Below, piece after piece: positions 16,401 through 31,400 of a stretch of DNA of 64,000 nt. The notes beneath the pieces were generated by a model, which saw only the letters and a list, made by a program, of their open reading frames with translations, was not told where the DNA came from and did not search any database. Position 1 is the first letter of the stretch, and every line of letters begins with the position of its first letter. The stretch spans positions 67,518,001-67,582,000 of the forward strand of contig OZ024745.1 in assembly GCA_964016885.1 (NCBI GenBank), in the 5' to 3' direction. A program made the position numbers and the translations under genes. The DNA comes from Eledone cirrhosa (taxonomy: Eukaryota).

Positions 16401-19400
16401 TACAAATATCATTAGAATAAATAAGTTACATTATTACCTCAATTACAGATATATTTCAAATTATAATGTATTGTAATGGCTTAAACTTGAAATTAACCAA
16501 TTGATACCAAAGTATATGAGACTGGACTTGGTTGTATGATCAAATATGTTTGTTTTCAAATGTTGATATTGATTTAAAGATCCTTCCAAACAAGAGCTAA
16601 GCAATGGGAAATATAGTTATGTTATTAAATTAATCAAACTTCTTGATACCTTTTGAAAATATTTGAACAAAGTCAGTGACTTTCATTAGAAACATGGTAA
16701 TGGAATGGTTTACAACAACTTCATATATTGCTATATGATCATCTTTAAAACAATACTTTAATAATATTTTCTTCGTAGTTGATATCATAAATTTGTTAAT
16801 ATAAATTATTTGGTAACATCGTGAACTGGTATATACATAATATCAAACAATTCATCATTACTCAAACCACAAAACATTTCTTAGTACATCCCCTCTAAGC
16901 CATGATAACATGGGAGATAGGCATTAAACGATGATGATGATTCAAGTTCTAACACATGGGTTTATTGTCTTAACATTATTGATGCTATAGCTATTTCATC
17001 AACCTCACTCATCTCTTCACGACTTGTGAACTTGTAGTGGTGCCATTATAGTATATGATGGGTCTTGGTTGCAGCTACCCATCCAGAGACAAGGGATGAG
17101 TTTAAAAGTGTGAAACATGGCAAAGTAGAAGATTATATAAAAGATTACTTAAGCATGGCAAAGTTGATTTCAGCAACACTTAAACACAAAGCAATGACAA
17201 CCACAACAAATACGACAATCTATTCTATCTGAAGGCTTCATGTGGCCATAGAGAAATATTTTCAAGCAATATTCTATCAATTATATTCACTATTGAAATC
17301 ATCAATGTCACACTTACTTGTTGGTTTCACACATATCTTTACAGAAACAGACACTATCATAAATTCTGTTGCAAACTCAGGTACAATGGTCAGTATAATC
17401 TTTGTCTTTCCACTGTTTGGTTTAATTGTAAATGTCTCTGTAGGTTGCAATTTGGTGGGAACAACTTCTTTTGGTTTCACAGTTGTTTTAGATACAGTTT
17501 CCGATAAAGTTGTTTCCACATATCTAGTTTCCTCTATTAAAGGCTAGAAAAATATTTCAAATGTACATGTAGTAGAATATAAACTTATAAAACAATATGT
17601 AATACATATCAAACACTACAAACATTGAGAAAATATATCACACTCACCTTTACTTTTCCTATCAGATCTACTTGATAACTTTTCACATTTGTTTGTGTAA
17701 CAAGAGAAACTTCTCCACCAGAATTAAGGTCATCACCAACCTCTATATAAATAATCCTATTTTCTGGGGTATTTGTTACCCACCCATTTCCATTAGGTCT
17801 AATATCACTTGGATTTCCACCAGGAATCATATTGATTGAACTATTCGGTATTACACTTTCATCATCCATTCCAACAGTATTTTCACACATAGCTGCAAAG
17901 AAAAGGAAAATTACAGCATCACAGGATTTTATAGCAAAAAATTGTTTGACAATTATTCATTAGTTAGTAAATACTTTTCAGAAAATCTTTGTAAATGTTT
18001 CATCAGCAATCTTTCAATACCTAAGATTATATTCAATTCAATCATATAGAGTTAGTTCTTTAAAATATTACAAACAAATACATAATAAATACGTAAGCAA
18101 GGACATGGCTATGTGATTTAAAACTGAATTAGTTGAAGCTATCTTAAGTAAGTGGTTAGGAAGTTCACATTGCTATACCAAGATCACGCAAACAATTCTA
18201 ACATATGTTATCTAAAAATATAGACTATTGACATGGTACTGGGATGACACCATTTTGTATGGAATTGTGTGAAACTGAAGCTGTGTAGAGGATTGTCAGC
18301 TGGTGTGTAGTTCAGATATCTAACTTTATCACATATTCTGTCAGGTTGAGTTACCTTCAGAGTTATATTAATGGCAGTCTACACAATGGAATACTCAGCT
18401 ACTTCCTGGTCAATTTACTGTAGAGGTAACTATGGTGATAAATACATATATAGCCATCATGTAAAGCAGCAAAGTCTCTATGATCATATTTCACATACAT
18501 ACAATGATAATAGAGTGAAATTTGGCTACACAAGTTATTTACACCTCTTTCATATTTCTATCTACTAAACATCAAACTACTTACATGGTGTTGTAGCTAG
18601 AGTAGTAATTGTTGTTGATAGACTGGGTAGCACTGTAGTGGATACACTGGGTGGAACTGTTGTGGAGACACTGGGTGGCACTGTTGTTGATAAGTTTGTT
18701 GGAATCAATGTTGAGACACTTGTGGTTGATAAGTAAGCTACAAATATCATTAGAATAAATAAGTTACATTATTACCTCAATTACAAATATATTTCAAATT
18801 ATAATGTATTGTAATGGCTTAAACTTGAAATTAACCAATTGATTCCAAAGTATATGATGCTGGCCTTGGTTGTATGATACAAATATGTTTGTTTTCAAAT
18901 ATTTATATTGATCAAAAGATCCTTCCAAACCAAAGCGAAGCGATGGGATACATAGTTATGTTATTAAATAAATCAAACTTCTTGATATCTTTTGAAATTA
19001 TTTTAACAACGTCAGTGACTTTCATTAGAAACATGGTAATGGAATGGTTTACAGCAACTTTATATATTGCTATATGATAATCTTTAAAACAATACTTTAA
19101 TAAATATATTCTTCATAGTTGATATCATAAAATTGTTAATATAAATTATTTGGTAACATCATGAACTGGTATATACATAATATCAAACAATTCATCATTA
19201 CTCAAACCACAAAACATTTCTTAGTACATCCCTTCTAATCAGTGAGAGCATGGGAGATAGACATTAAACGATGATGATGATTCAAGTTCTAACACATGGG
19301 TTTATTGTCTTAATATTATTGATGCTATAGCTATTTCATCAACATCACTCAGCCTTTCACGACTTGTGAACTTGTAGTGGTGCCATTATAGTATATGATG

Positions 19401-22400
19401 TTTCTTGGGTTCATCTAACCATCCAGAGACAAGGGATAGGGTGAAAGTGTGAAACATGGCAAAGGAGAAGATTATATAAAACTGGTACTCGATATTACTT
19501 CATATATTGTCCCCATAACGATGACAAAGTTGATTTCAGCAACACTTCAACTCAAAGCACTGACAACCACAGCAAATACGACAAAGTATTCTATCTGAAG
19601 GCTTCATGTGGCCATAGAGAAATATTTTCAAGCAATATTCTATCAATTACATTTACTATTGAAACCATGAATGTAACACTTACTTGTTGGTTTCACACAT
19701 ATCTTTACAGAAACAGACACTATCATAGATTCTGTTGTAAACTCAGGTACAATGGTCAGTATAATCTTTGTCTTTCCACTGTTTGGTTTAATTGCAAATG
19801 TCTCTGTAGGTTGCAATTTGGTTGGAACAACTTCTTTTGGTTTCACAGTTTTTTTAGATACAGTTTCCCATAAAGCATTTGTTTCCACATATCTAGTTTC
19901 CTCTATTAAAGGCTAGAAAAATATTTCAAATATACATGTAGTAGAATATAAACTTATAAAACAATATGTAATACATATCAAACACTACAAACATTGAGAA
20001 AATATATCACACTCACCTTTACTTTTCCTATCAGATCTACTTGATAACTTTTCACATTTGTTTGTGTAACTAAAGAAACTTCTCCACCAGAATTAAGGTC
20101 ATCTCCAACGTCTATATAAATAATCCTATTTTCTGGTGTATTTGTTGACCAACCAACTCCACCAGGTCGAATATCTCTTGGATTACCAACAGGAATCAAT
20201 CTAATTGAACTAGCTGGTATTATACTATCTACAGCCATACCATCAATATTTTCACACGCAACTGCAAAGAAACATCACCATGTATCATTACAACGTATGC
20301 ACTACAAATTCACTGTAATATTATAAACTACAAAATATATTTATTAGTAAGGAAGATTATTCAAAATATAAAAGTGAACAAGTTACAACAAACTATACAT
20401 AATTTTAGGCAGGTGATAAGCTTCAGTAAATGCAGAAACCTGTATCAAATTTTGATCATGTTGCACTTTTTCAATAAAATTATTAACATACATTAACATA
20501 CATTCACACATTCTCAATCACGACACACACATTATATTAATAATAGGAGATCAAGATATCTTTTCTTCTGTAATTATATATCCCAAATTGTCTAAATGTA
20601 CTATGTATATCTATTTAGAAAGTCATATCAAAGATATTTGTGAAGAGAATAAAATCCATAATGCAGTAATTTTGAAATTAAGTATCCAATTAAATATGAT
20701 ATTAAAAAATCAATTAAGTAAATTATAACTGACATACAGACAATCCTCATATATATGGAGGGGTGTTGAATTTGTGATTTTAAAAAAAATCCTTTTTATA
20801 GAACCGGAAGAAGTTTTACAGAACACTAAGGCTAAATATTAATTTGGAAATATATTTGATTTCTTACAAAAAGTTGCCAACGGAATGAGAGAAAGTGTAT
20901 GGTAGTTTGTTGAATAGAATTTTGTAGAAATTCAAAGATACTGCCTTGCTGTATATTTGCTATGCTGATTCTGCCAGGTAAATAGTTAACAGTAATCCTG
21001 TCTGTGGAATCCTCATCCAATCATCATCATTTTACGTCCGCTTTTCCCTGCTTGCAAGGGTGGGACGGGAACTGATTCTGGCTTGATTTCTACAGCTGGA
21101 TGCCCTTCCTAACACCAACCTCATTTTCAGTGAGTGCTGGGTGCTTTATTTTTTTCCGTGACACCTCCATGACCACTTTGCAGTGGAATGATAGGGACCC
21201 CAGTCTTATCATCTCATTTCTACAGCTGAGTAAACTGGAGCAATGTGAAATAAAGTGTCTTGCTCAAGTAAACAACACATTACCCGGTCTGAGAATTGAA
21301 CTCAAAATCTTTCGGTTGCAGGGCCAATGCTCTAACCACTAAGCCATGTGCCTCCATCAACTAAATATTAATTTAATAAAGAGGTACCCTAGTAGAGAAA
21401 CAATCTAAAATGCATGTATGAAGTATTTATAATTAAAATACAGTGATTACAAATATGCAGTTGATTAAGTAATCTATTGGTATAAATTATATGTAAAAAA
21501 TAAATGTGGTCATCCAGCCCACACTGAAAGTGGTTGTTTAGGTATCACAACAAAAAGCACCTAGTCAACACTGTAATTTGGTCATTTAAGCATCACGACA
21601 AAAAGCATTGACTTCTCACTGTAAATGAAGTTGGCATTAGGAAAGACATCCAGCTCTAGAAACCAAGCCATAGTCAGTTCTGTATGAGCAAGACATGGCC
21701 ATATAACCTAGCATTGCCCACAACAGGACAACTTATCTAACCCATGCTAGCATGGAAAAAGGGACATCAGAACGTGATGATGATGAAGATGAAATGCCCA
21801 TCGCCAAAGCAGCAAGGTCTCCATGATCGTATTTCACATGCATAGAATTATAACAGACTAAAATTTGGCAACACAAGTTATTTAGAAATGTGTTTGGCTG
21901 AATAGTAGGTGAGATTTTTACACCTCTTTCATATTTCTATCTACTAAACATCAAACTACTTACATGGTGTTGTAGTTGGAGTAGTAATTGGTGTTGTGAC
22001 TTTGGGTGACACTGTTGTTGATAGACTGGGTGGCACTGTAGTGGATAAACTCGGTGGAACTGTTGTGGAGACACTGGATGGCACTGTTGTTGATAAGTTT
22101 GTTGGAATCAATGTAGAAACACTTGGGGTTGATAAGTAAGCTACAAATATCATTAGAATAAATAAGTTACATTATTACCTCAATTACAGATATATTTCAA
22201 ATTATAATGTATTGTAATGGCTTAAACTTGAAATTAACCAATTGATACCAAAGTATATGAGACTGGACTTGGTTGTATGATCAAATATGTTTGTTTTCAA
22301 ATGTTGATATTGATTTAAAGATCCTTCCAAACAAGAGCTAAGCAATGGGAAATATAGTTATGTTATTAAATTAATCAAACTTCTTGATACCTTTTGAAAA

Positions 22401-25400
22401 TATTTGAACAAAGTCAGTGACTTTCATTAGAAACATGGTAATGGAATGGTTTACAACAACTTCATATATTGCTATATGATCATCTTTAAAACAATACTTT
22501 AATAATATTTTCTTCATAGTTGATATCATAAATTTGTTAATATAAATTATTTGGTAACATCGTGAACTGGTATATACATAATATCAAACAATTCATCATT
22601 ACTCAAACCACAAAACATTTCTTAGTACATCCCCTCTAAGCCATGATAACATGGGAGATAGACATTAAACGATGATGATGATTCAAGTTCTAACACATGG
22701 GTTTATTGTCTTAACATTATTGATGCTATAGCTATTTCATCAACCTCACTCATCTCTTCACGACTTGTGAACTTGTAGTGGTGCCATTATAGTATATGAT
22801 GGGTCTTGGTTGCAGCTACCCATCCAGAGACAAGGGATGAGTTTAAAAGTGTGAAACATGGCAAAGTAGAAGATTATATAAAAGATTACTTAAGCATGGC
22901 AAAGTTGATTTCAGCAACACTTAAACACAAAGCAATGACAACCACAACAAATACGACAATCTATTCTATCTGAAGGCTTCATGTGGCCATAGAGAAATAT
23001 TTTCAAGCAATATTCTATCAATTATATTCACTATTGAAATCATCAATGTCACACTTACTTGTTGGTTTCACACATATCTTTACAGAAACAGACACTATCA
23101 TAAATTCTGTTGCAAACTCAGGTACAATGGTCAGTATAATCTTTGTCTTTCCACTGTTTGGTTTAATTGTAAATGTCTCTGTAGGTTGCAATTTGGTGGG
23201 AACAACTTCTTTTGGTTTCACAGTTGTTTTAGATACAGTTTCCGATAAAGTTGTTTCCACATATCTAGTTTCCTCTATTAAAGGCTAGAAAAATATTTCA
23301 AATGTACATGTAGTAGAATATAAACTTATAAAACAATATGTAATACATATCAAACACTACAAACATTGAGAAAATATATCACACTCACCTTTACTTTTCC
23401 TATCAGATCTACTTGATAACTTTTCACATTTGTTTGTGTAACAAGAGAAACTTCTCCACCAGAATTAAGGTCATCACCAACCTCTATATAAATAATCCTA
23501 TTTTCTGGGGTATTTGTTACCCACCCATTTCCATTAGGTCTAATATCACTTGGATTTCCACCAGGAATCATATTGATTGAACTATTCGGTATTACACTTT
23601 CATCATCCATTCCAACAGTATTTTCACACATAGCTGCAAAGAAAAGGAAAATTACAGCATCACAGGATTTTATAGCAAAAAATTGTTTGACAATTATTCA
23701 TTAGTTAGTAAATACTTTTCAGAAAATCTTTGTAAATGTTTCATCAGCAATCTTTCAATACCTAAGATTATATTCAATTCAATCATATAGAGTTAGTTCT
23801 TTAAAATATTACAAACAAATACATAATAAATACGTAAGCAAGGACATGGCTATGTGATTTAAAACTGAATTAGTTGAAGCTATCTTAAGTAAGTGGTTAG
23901 GAAGTTCACATTGCTATACCAAGATCACGCAAACAATTCTAACATATGTTATCTAAAAATATAGACTATTGACATGGTACTGGGATGACACCATTTTGTA
24001 TGGAATTGTGTGAAACTGAAGCTGTGTAGAGGATTGTCAGCTGGTGTGTAGTTCAGATATCTAACTTTATCACATATTCTGTCAGGTTGAGTTACCTTCA
24101 GAGTTATATTAATGGCAGTCTACACAATGGAATACTCAGCTACTTCCTGGTCAATTTACTGTAGAGGTAACTATGGTGATAAATACATATATAGCCATCA
24201 TGTAAAGCAGCAAAGTCTCTATGATCATATTTCACATACATACAATGATAATAGAGTGAAATTTGGCTACACAAGTTATTTACAAATGTATTTGGCTGAA
24301 TAGTAAGTGAGATTTTTACACCTCTTTCATATTTCTATCTACTAAACATCAAACTACTTACATGGTGTTGTAGCTAGAGTAGTAATTGTTGTTGATAGAC
24401 TGGGTAGCACTGTAGTGGATACACTGGGTGGAACTGTTGTGGAGACACTGGGTGGCACTGTTGTTGATAAGTTTGTTGGAATCAATGTTGAGACACTTGT
24501 GGTTGATAAGTAAGCTACAAATATCATTAGAATAAATAAGTTACATTATTACCTCAATTACAAATATATTTCAAATTATAATGTATTGTAATGGCTTAAA
24601 CTTGAAATTAACCAATTGATTCCAAAGTATATGATGCTGGCCTTGGTTGTATGATACAAATATGTTTGTTTTCAAATATTTATATTGATCAAAAGATCCT
24701 TCCAAACCAAAGCGAAGCGATGGGATACATAGTTATGTTATTAAATAAATCAAACTTCTTGATATCTTTTGAAATTATTTTAACAACGTCAGTGACTTTC
24801 ATTAGAAACATGGTAATGGAATGGTTTACAGCAACTTTATATATTGCTATATGATAATCTTTAAAACAATACTTTAATAAATATATTCTTCATAGTTGAT
24901 ATCATAAAATTGTTAATATAAATTATTTGGTAACATCATGAACTGGTATATACATAATATCAAACAATTCATCATTACTCAAACCACAAAACATTTCTTA
25001 GTACATCCCTGCTAATCAGTGAGAGCATGGGAGATAGACATTAAATGATGATGATGATTCAAGTTCTAACACATGGGTTTATTGTCTTAATATTATTGAT
25101 GCTATAGCTATTTCATCAACCTCACTCAGCCCTTCACGGCTTGTGAACTTGTAGTGGTGCCATTATAGTATATGATGTTTCTTGGGTTCATCTACCCATC
25201 CAGAGACAAGGGATAGGGTGAAAGTGTGAAACATGGCAAAGGAGAAGATTATATAAAACTGGTACTCGATTATTACTTCATATATTGTCCCCATAACGAT
25301 GACAAAGTTGATTTCAGCAACACTTCAACTCAAAGCACTGACAACCACAGCAAATACGACAAAGTATTCTATCTGAAGGCTTCATGTGGCCATAGAGAAA

Positions 25401-28400
25401 TATTTTCAAGCAATATTCTATCAATTACATTTACTATTGAAACCATGAATGTAACACTTACTTGTTGGTTTCACACATATCTTTACAGAAACAGACACTA
25501 TCATAGATTCTGTTGTAAACTCAGGTACAATGGTCAGTATAATCTTTGTTTTTCCACTATTGGGTTTAATTTTATATGTTTCTGTGGGTTGCAATTTGGT
25601 TGGAACAACTTCTTTTGGTTTCACAGTTGTTTTAGATACAGTTTCCCATAAAGCATTTGTTTCAACATATCTAGTTTCCTCTATTAACGGCTAGAAAAAT
25701 ATTTCAAATATACATGTAGTAGAATATAAACTTATAAAACAATATGTAATACATATCAAACACTACAAACATTGAGAAAATATAGCACACTCACCTTTAC
25801 TTTTCCTAACAGATCTACCTTATAACTTTTCACGTTTGTTTGTGTAACTAGAGAAACTTCTCCACCAGAATTAAGGTCATCTCCAACGTCTATATAAATA
25901 ATCCTATTTTCTGGTGTATTTGTTGACCAACCAACTCCACCAGGTCGAATATCTCTTGGATTACCAACAGGAATCAATCTAATTGAACTAGCTGGTATTA
26001 TACTATCTACAGCCATTCCATCAATATTTTCACACACAACTGCAAAGAAACATCACCATGTATCATTACAACATATGGACTACAAATTCACTGTCATATT
26101 ATAAACTATGAAATATATTTATTAGTAAGGAATATTATTCAAAATATAAAAGTGAACAAGTTACAACAAACTATACATAATTTTAGGCAGGTGATAAGCT
26201 TCAGTAAATGCAGAAACCTGTATCAAATTTTGATCATGTTGCACTTTTTCAATAAAATTATTAACATACATTAACATACATTCACACATTCTCAATCACG
26301 ACACACACATTATATTAATAATAGGAGATCAAGATATCTTTTCTACTGTAATTATATATCCCAAATTGTCTAAATGTACTATGTATATCTATTTAGAAAG
26401 TCATATCAAAGATATTTGTGAAGAGAATAAAATCCATAATGCAGTAATTTGAAATTAAGAATCCAATTAAATATGATATTAAAGAATCAATTAAGTAAAT
26501 TATAACTGACATACAGACAATCCTCATATATATGGAGGGGTGTTGAATTTGTGATTTAAAAAAAAATCCTTTTTATAGAACCTGAAGAAGTTTTACAGAA
26601 CACTAAGGCTAAATATTAAATTGGAAATATATTTGTTTTCCTACAAAAAGTTGCCAACGGAATGAGAGAAAGTGTATGGTAGTTTGTTGAATAGAATTTT
26701 GTAGAAATTCAAAGATTCTGCCTTGCTATGCTGATTCTGCCAGGTAAATAGTTAACAGTAATCCTGTCTGTGGAATCCTCATCCAATCATCATCATTTTA
26801 CGTCCGCTTTTCCCTGCTTGCAAGGGTGGGACGGGAACTGATTCTGGCTTGATTTCTACAGCTGGATGCCCTTCCTAACACCAACCTCGTTTTCAGCGAG
26901 TGCTGGGTGCTATATATTTTTCCGTGGCACCTCCATGACCACTTTGCAGTGGAATGATAGGGACCCCAGTCCTATCATCTCATTTCTACAGCTGAGTAAA
27001 CTGGAGCAATGTGAAATAAAGTGTTTGCTCAAGTAAACAACACATCACCCGGTCTAACAATTGAACTCACAACCTTTCGGTTGCAGGGCCAATGCTCTAA
27101 CCACTAAGCCATGTGCCTCCATCAACTAAATATTAATTTAATAAAGAGGTACCCTAGTAGAGAAACAATCTAAAATGCATGTATGAAGTATTTATAATTA
27201 AAATACAGTGATTACAAATATGCAGTTGATTAAGTAATCTATTGGTATAAATTATATGTAAAAAATAAATGTGGTCATCCAGCCCACACTGAAAGTGGTT
27301 GTTTAGGTATCACAACAAAAAGCACCTAGTCAACACTGTAATTTGGTCATTTAAGCATCACGACAAAAAGCATTGACTTCTCACTGTAAATGAAGTTGGC
27401 ATTAGGAAAGACATCCAGCTCTAGAAACCAAGCCATAGTCAGTTCTGTATGAGCAAGACATGGCCACATAACCTAGCATTGCCCACAACAGGACAACTTA
27501 TCTAACCCATGCTAGCATGGAAAAAGGGACATCAGAACGTGATGATGATGAAGATGAAATGCCCATCGCCAAAGCAGCAAGGTCTCCATGATCGTATTTC
27601 ACATGCATAGAATTATAACACACTAAAATTTGGCAGTTATTTAGAAATGTGTTTGGCTGAATAGTAGGTGAGATTTTTACACCTCTTTCATATTTCTATC
27701 TACTAAACATCAATCTACTTACATGGTGTTGTAGTTGGAGTAGTAATTGGTGTTGTGACTTTGGGTGACACAGTTGTTGATAGACTGGGTGGCACTGTAG
27801 TGGATAAACTCGGTGGAACTGTTGTGGAGACACTGGGTGGCACAGTTGTTGATAAGTTTGTTGGAATCAATGTAGAAACACTTGGGGTTGATATGTAAGC
27901 TACAAATATCATTAGAATAAATATGTTACATTATTAGCTCAATTACAGATATATTTCAAATTATAATGTATTGTAATGGCTTAAGCTTGAAATTAACCAA
28001 TTGATACCAAATTATATGAGACTGGACTTGGTTGTATGATACAAATATGTTTGTTTTCAAATGTTTATATTGATTTAAAGATCCTTCCAAACAAGAGCTA
28101 AGCAATGGGAAACATAGTTATGTTATTAAATTAATCAAACTTCTTGATATCTTTTGAAATTATTTTAACAAAGTCAGTGACTTTCATTAGAAACATGGTA
28201 ATGGAATGGTTTACACCAGCTTCATATATTGCTATATGATAATCTTTAAAACAATACTTTAATAATATTTTCTTCATTGTTGGTATCATAAATTTGTTAA
28301 TATAAATTATTTGGTAACATCGTGAACTGGTATATACATAATATCAAACAATTTATCATTACTCAAACCACAAAACATTTCTTAGTACATCCCCTCTAAG

Positions 28401-31400
28401 CCATGATAATATGTGAGATAGACATTAAACGATGATGATGATTCAAGTTCTAACACATGGGTTTATTGTCTTAACATTATTGATGCTATAGCTATTTCAT
28501 CAACCTCACTCATCCCTTCACGACTTGTGGTGCCTTTATAGTATATGATGGTTCTTATTTGCAACTACCCATCCAGAGACAAGGGATAGGGTGAAAGTGT
28601 TGAACATGGCAAAGTAGAAGATTATGTAAAAGAATACTTAAGAATGGCAAAGTTTATTTCAGCAACACTTAAACTCAAAGCAATGACAACCACAACAAAT
28701 ACGACAATGTATTCTATCTGAAGGCTTCATGTGGCCATAGAGAAATATTTTCAAGAAATATTCTATGAATTATATTCACTATTGAAATCCTGAATGTCAC
28801 ACTTACTTGTTGGTTTCACACATATCTTTACAGAAACAGACACTATCATAAATTCTGTTGCAAACTCAGGTGCAATCGTCAGTTTAATCTTTGTCTTTCC
28901 ACTGTTTGGTTTAATTTTATATGATTCTGTAGGTTGCAATTTCGTTGGAACAACTTCTTTTGGTTTCACAGTTGTTTTAGATACAGTTTCCCATAAAGCA
29001 TTTCTTTCCACATATCTAGTTTCCTCTATTAAAGGCTAGAAAAATATTTCAAATGTACATGTAGTAGAATCTTAACTTATAAAACAATATGTAATATATG
29101 TCAAACACTACAAACATTGAGAAAATATATCACACTCACCTTAACTTTTCCTATCAGATCTACCTGATAACTTTCAACATTACTTGCTATAACAAGAGAC
29201 ACCTCTCCACCAGAATTTAGGTCATCACCAATGTCTATATAAATAATCCTATTTTCTCGGGTATTTGTTATCCAACCATTACCATTAGGTCTAATATCAC
29301 TTGGATTTCCACCAGGATACATAGTGATTGAACTATCTGATATTGCATTTTCATCATCCATTCCATCAATATTTTCACACATAACTGCAAAGAAAAAGAA
29401 AAATACCACGTCACAAAACATGCTCTTTATACATTATCACAAAACAATATAAAATGGCAAACTCAATTATTATATAAAGATTATTTAAATTATACACTTC
29501 GAGATATATATTTTACATTGACAATCTTAAGATCTCATTTAGAAGAACATTAAAAACTCAATATTTCGTTAATTACCTGATAAATTTAGCAGGACACTTC
29601 AATTAACGAAACAAAATATATAGAATAGGTAATTTTTCAAATATATCAATTCTGATAATCATACCACCTATTTACTTGCTAGAAAGCTTAGTTTTCAATA
29701 CTAACTCAATCTTAGTACCATACCAATTACAAGTATATATACTATTGCATGCTATATATGTTAAATACAGAAGATGACAACAGAGACAATAGATACATTA
29801 TTTCAAATATGGAACACAAATGAAAAAGAATCTCTTCACTTTAAACAAATGGATTTTCAAACTCCTTTCATTCTAAATAACTGATAAATATTAAACTACT
29901 TACAAGGTGTGGTAGACATACTACTAAATGAGGTGGAGACACTGGGTGGTACTGTTGTTGATATTTTAGTAGGAATCAATGTTGACATACTTGCTGATGC
30001 TAAAATGAACATTAACATATTCTATTACATTTGCCATTAAATATTCACATCTGGATATCAAATACAAATCAATGGGAATTCTTTACTATTACTGAAATTC
30101 AATACTATTACTGTACCAATGAAAACATTTTACATTTCTAGGTGTGCAGTGTGACCACTGAGGGTGATGTCAGCTCCTGAAAAGATTGCTGATCAACGAC
30201 CTCAAGCATTTGCTTCACACGAGACCCATGCGCTGGTACAGTCATGTCGAGTGCAGTGAGGGCTGGATCAGCAATGTGATGAATGTTGATCCAGGAGGCA
30301 GTAGAGGCCCAGGATGACCAAAAAGGACTTGGATGGAGGATGTCTGTCGGGATCAAACTACACTTGGCCCGGCCAAACTGAGACTGGTGGACAGAAACAC
30401 ATGGAGCAAGATGGTAAGGAGCGTTGTCTGGCAGGACCCAATCCTACTTAGGGATTAATTGGGTCCTGCATAATCAAAAACTGGAAGATGATGATGTACA
30501 AATTTTGCATTTTTCATATGAAGATTTTCAAAAAGGAGGGAGAGAGAAATAGAATTAGGAAAAATGACAGCGAGTATCACACAAGTTAATGATAGTTATC
30601 AAAGTGAACCTATTGCAGTTATCTGTATAATAAATATGACCATGGAAAAAACAGACATAAACATCAAATGAATACATCATACTCTAGCATGACAACCACA
30701 ATCATATTTCATAATTCTATCTCTCTCTTTCTTTATTTCTCTCCCCCTTCTTTTTCAACAAAATTCTCTATATTTACTTCCTTTCCAACGTTCCTACTGT
30801 CCAAACTCTTTGTCTTCTCACAACTCACTGTGTTGTATGAGTAGAAATGCTGTAATATGGTAATCACCTCAATTGTGTAGTTATGTTTTATCCGTATTTC
30901 TATATATACATATAGGGCTTTCTGCAGTACCAAATATACATATATATATATCTTGGTATTTGAGGGTGTTGGAGGGGTTCTATCTAATGGAGGATAGAAG
31001 GAGACAGGGGAGAGATCACTTGATTAATGAGGGAAGAAGTGAAGAAGGAGATGGAGAAGAAGATATGAAGAAGAAGGTGAAGAGGGAGAAGAAAAGAATG
31101 AAGAAGGAGAAGAAGAAAGGAAAGAAGAAAGGCAGGTTTCTTTATGTAGGCAGTGAAAATCATTTTATATGTATGACTGGATTTTGGTCAATTCAAAATT
31201 CTTTTTTTTTTGTTTTATTTTTAGAAATCATTTTTATATTTAATTAACTATACATAAACAAATTAGGCTGTGAATTGGCAGAGTTGTTAGAACAATGGAT
31301 AGAATGCTTTATGGTATTCATTAAATACATAGTAAAACCTACTACAGCCAGTAGGCATCTCTAACAAAATACACCCCGTCCCACCACCACCACCCCATCC

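Larger units (their letters stand above)
1..29410. repeat. Intragenic tandem array, 5,777-bp higher-order unit made of related ~2.4-kb and ~3.4-kb subunits, just over 5 units
   Basis: Equivalent ORF ends at 278, 6055, 11832, 17609, 23350, 29101 (spacings 5777, 5777, 5777, 5741, 5751). Confidence 0.98.

Noticed and set aside
1-29400. Array read as a cluster of separate small genes, a CRISPR-like array or a Dscam-like mutually exclusive cassette
   Set aside because: The ORFs are exons with splice sites that chain in frame; there are no unique spacers and the copies are nearly identical.
30873-31247. Lys/Glu-rich ORF
   Set aside because: Translation of a purine-rich low-complexity tract inside an intron.
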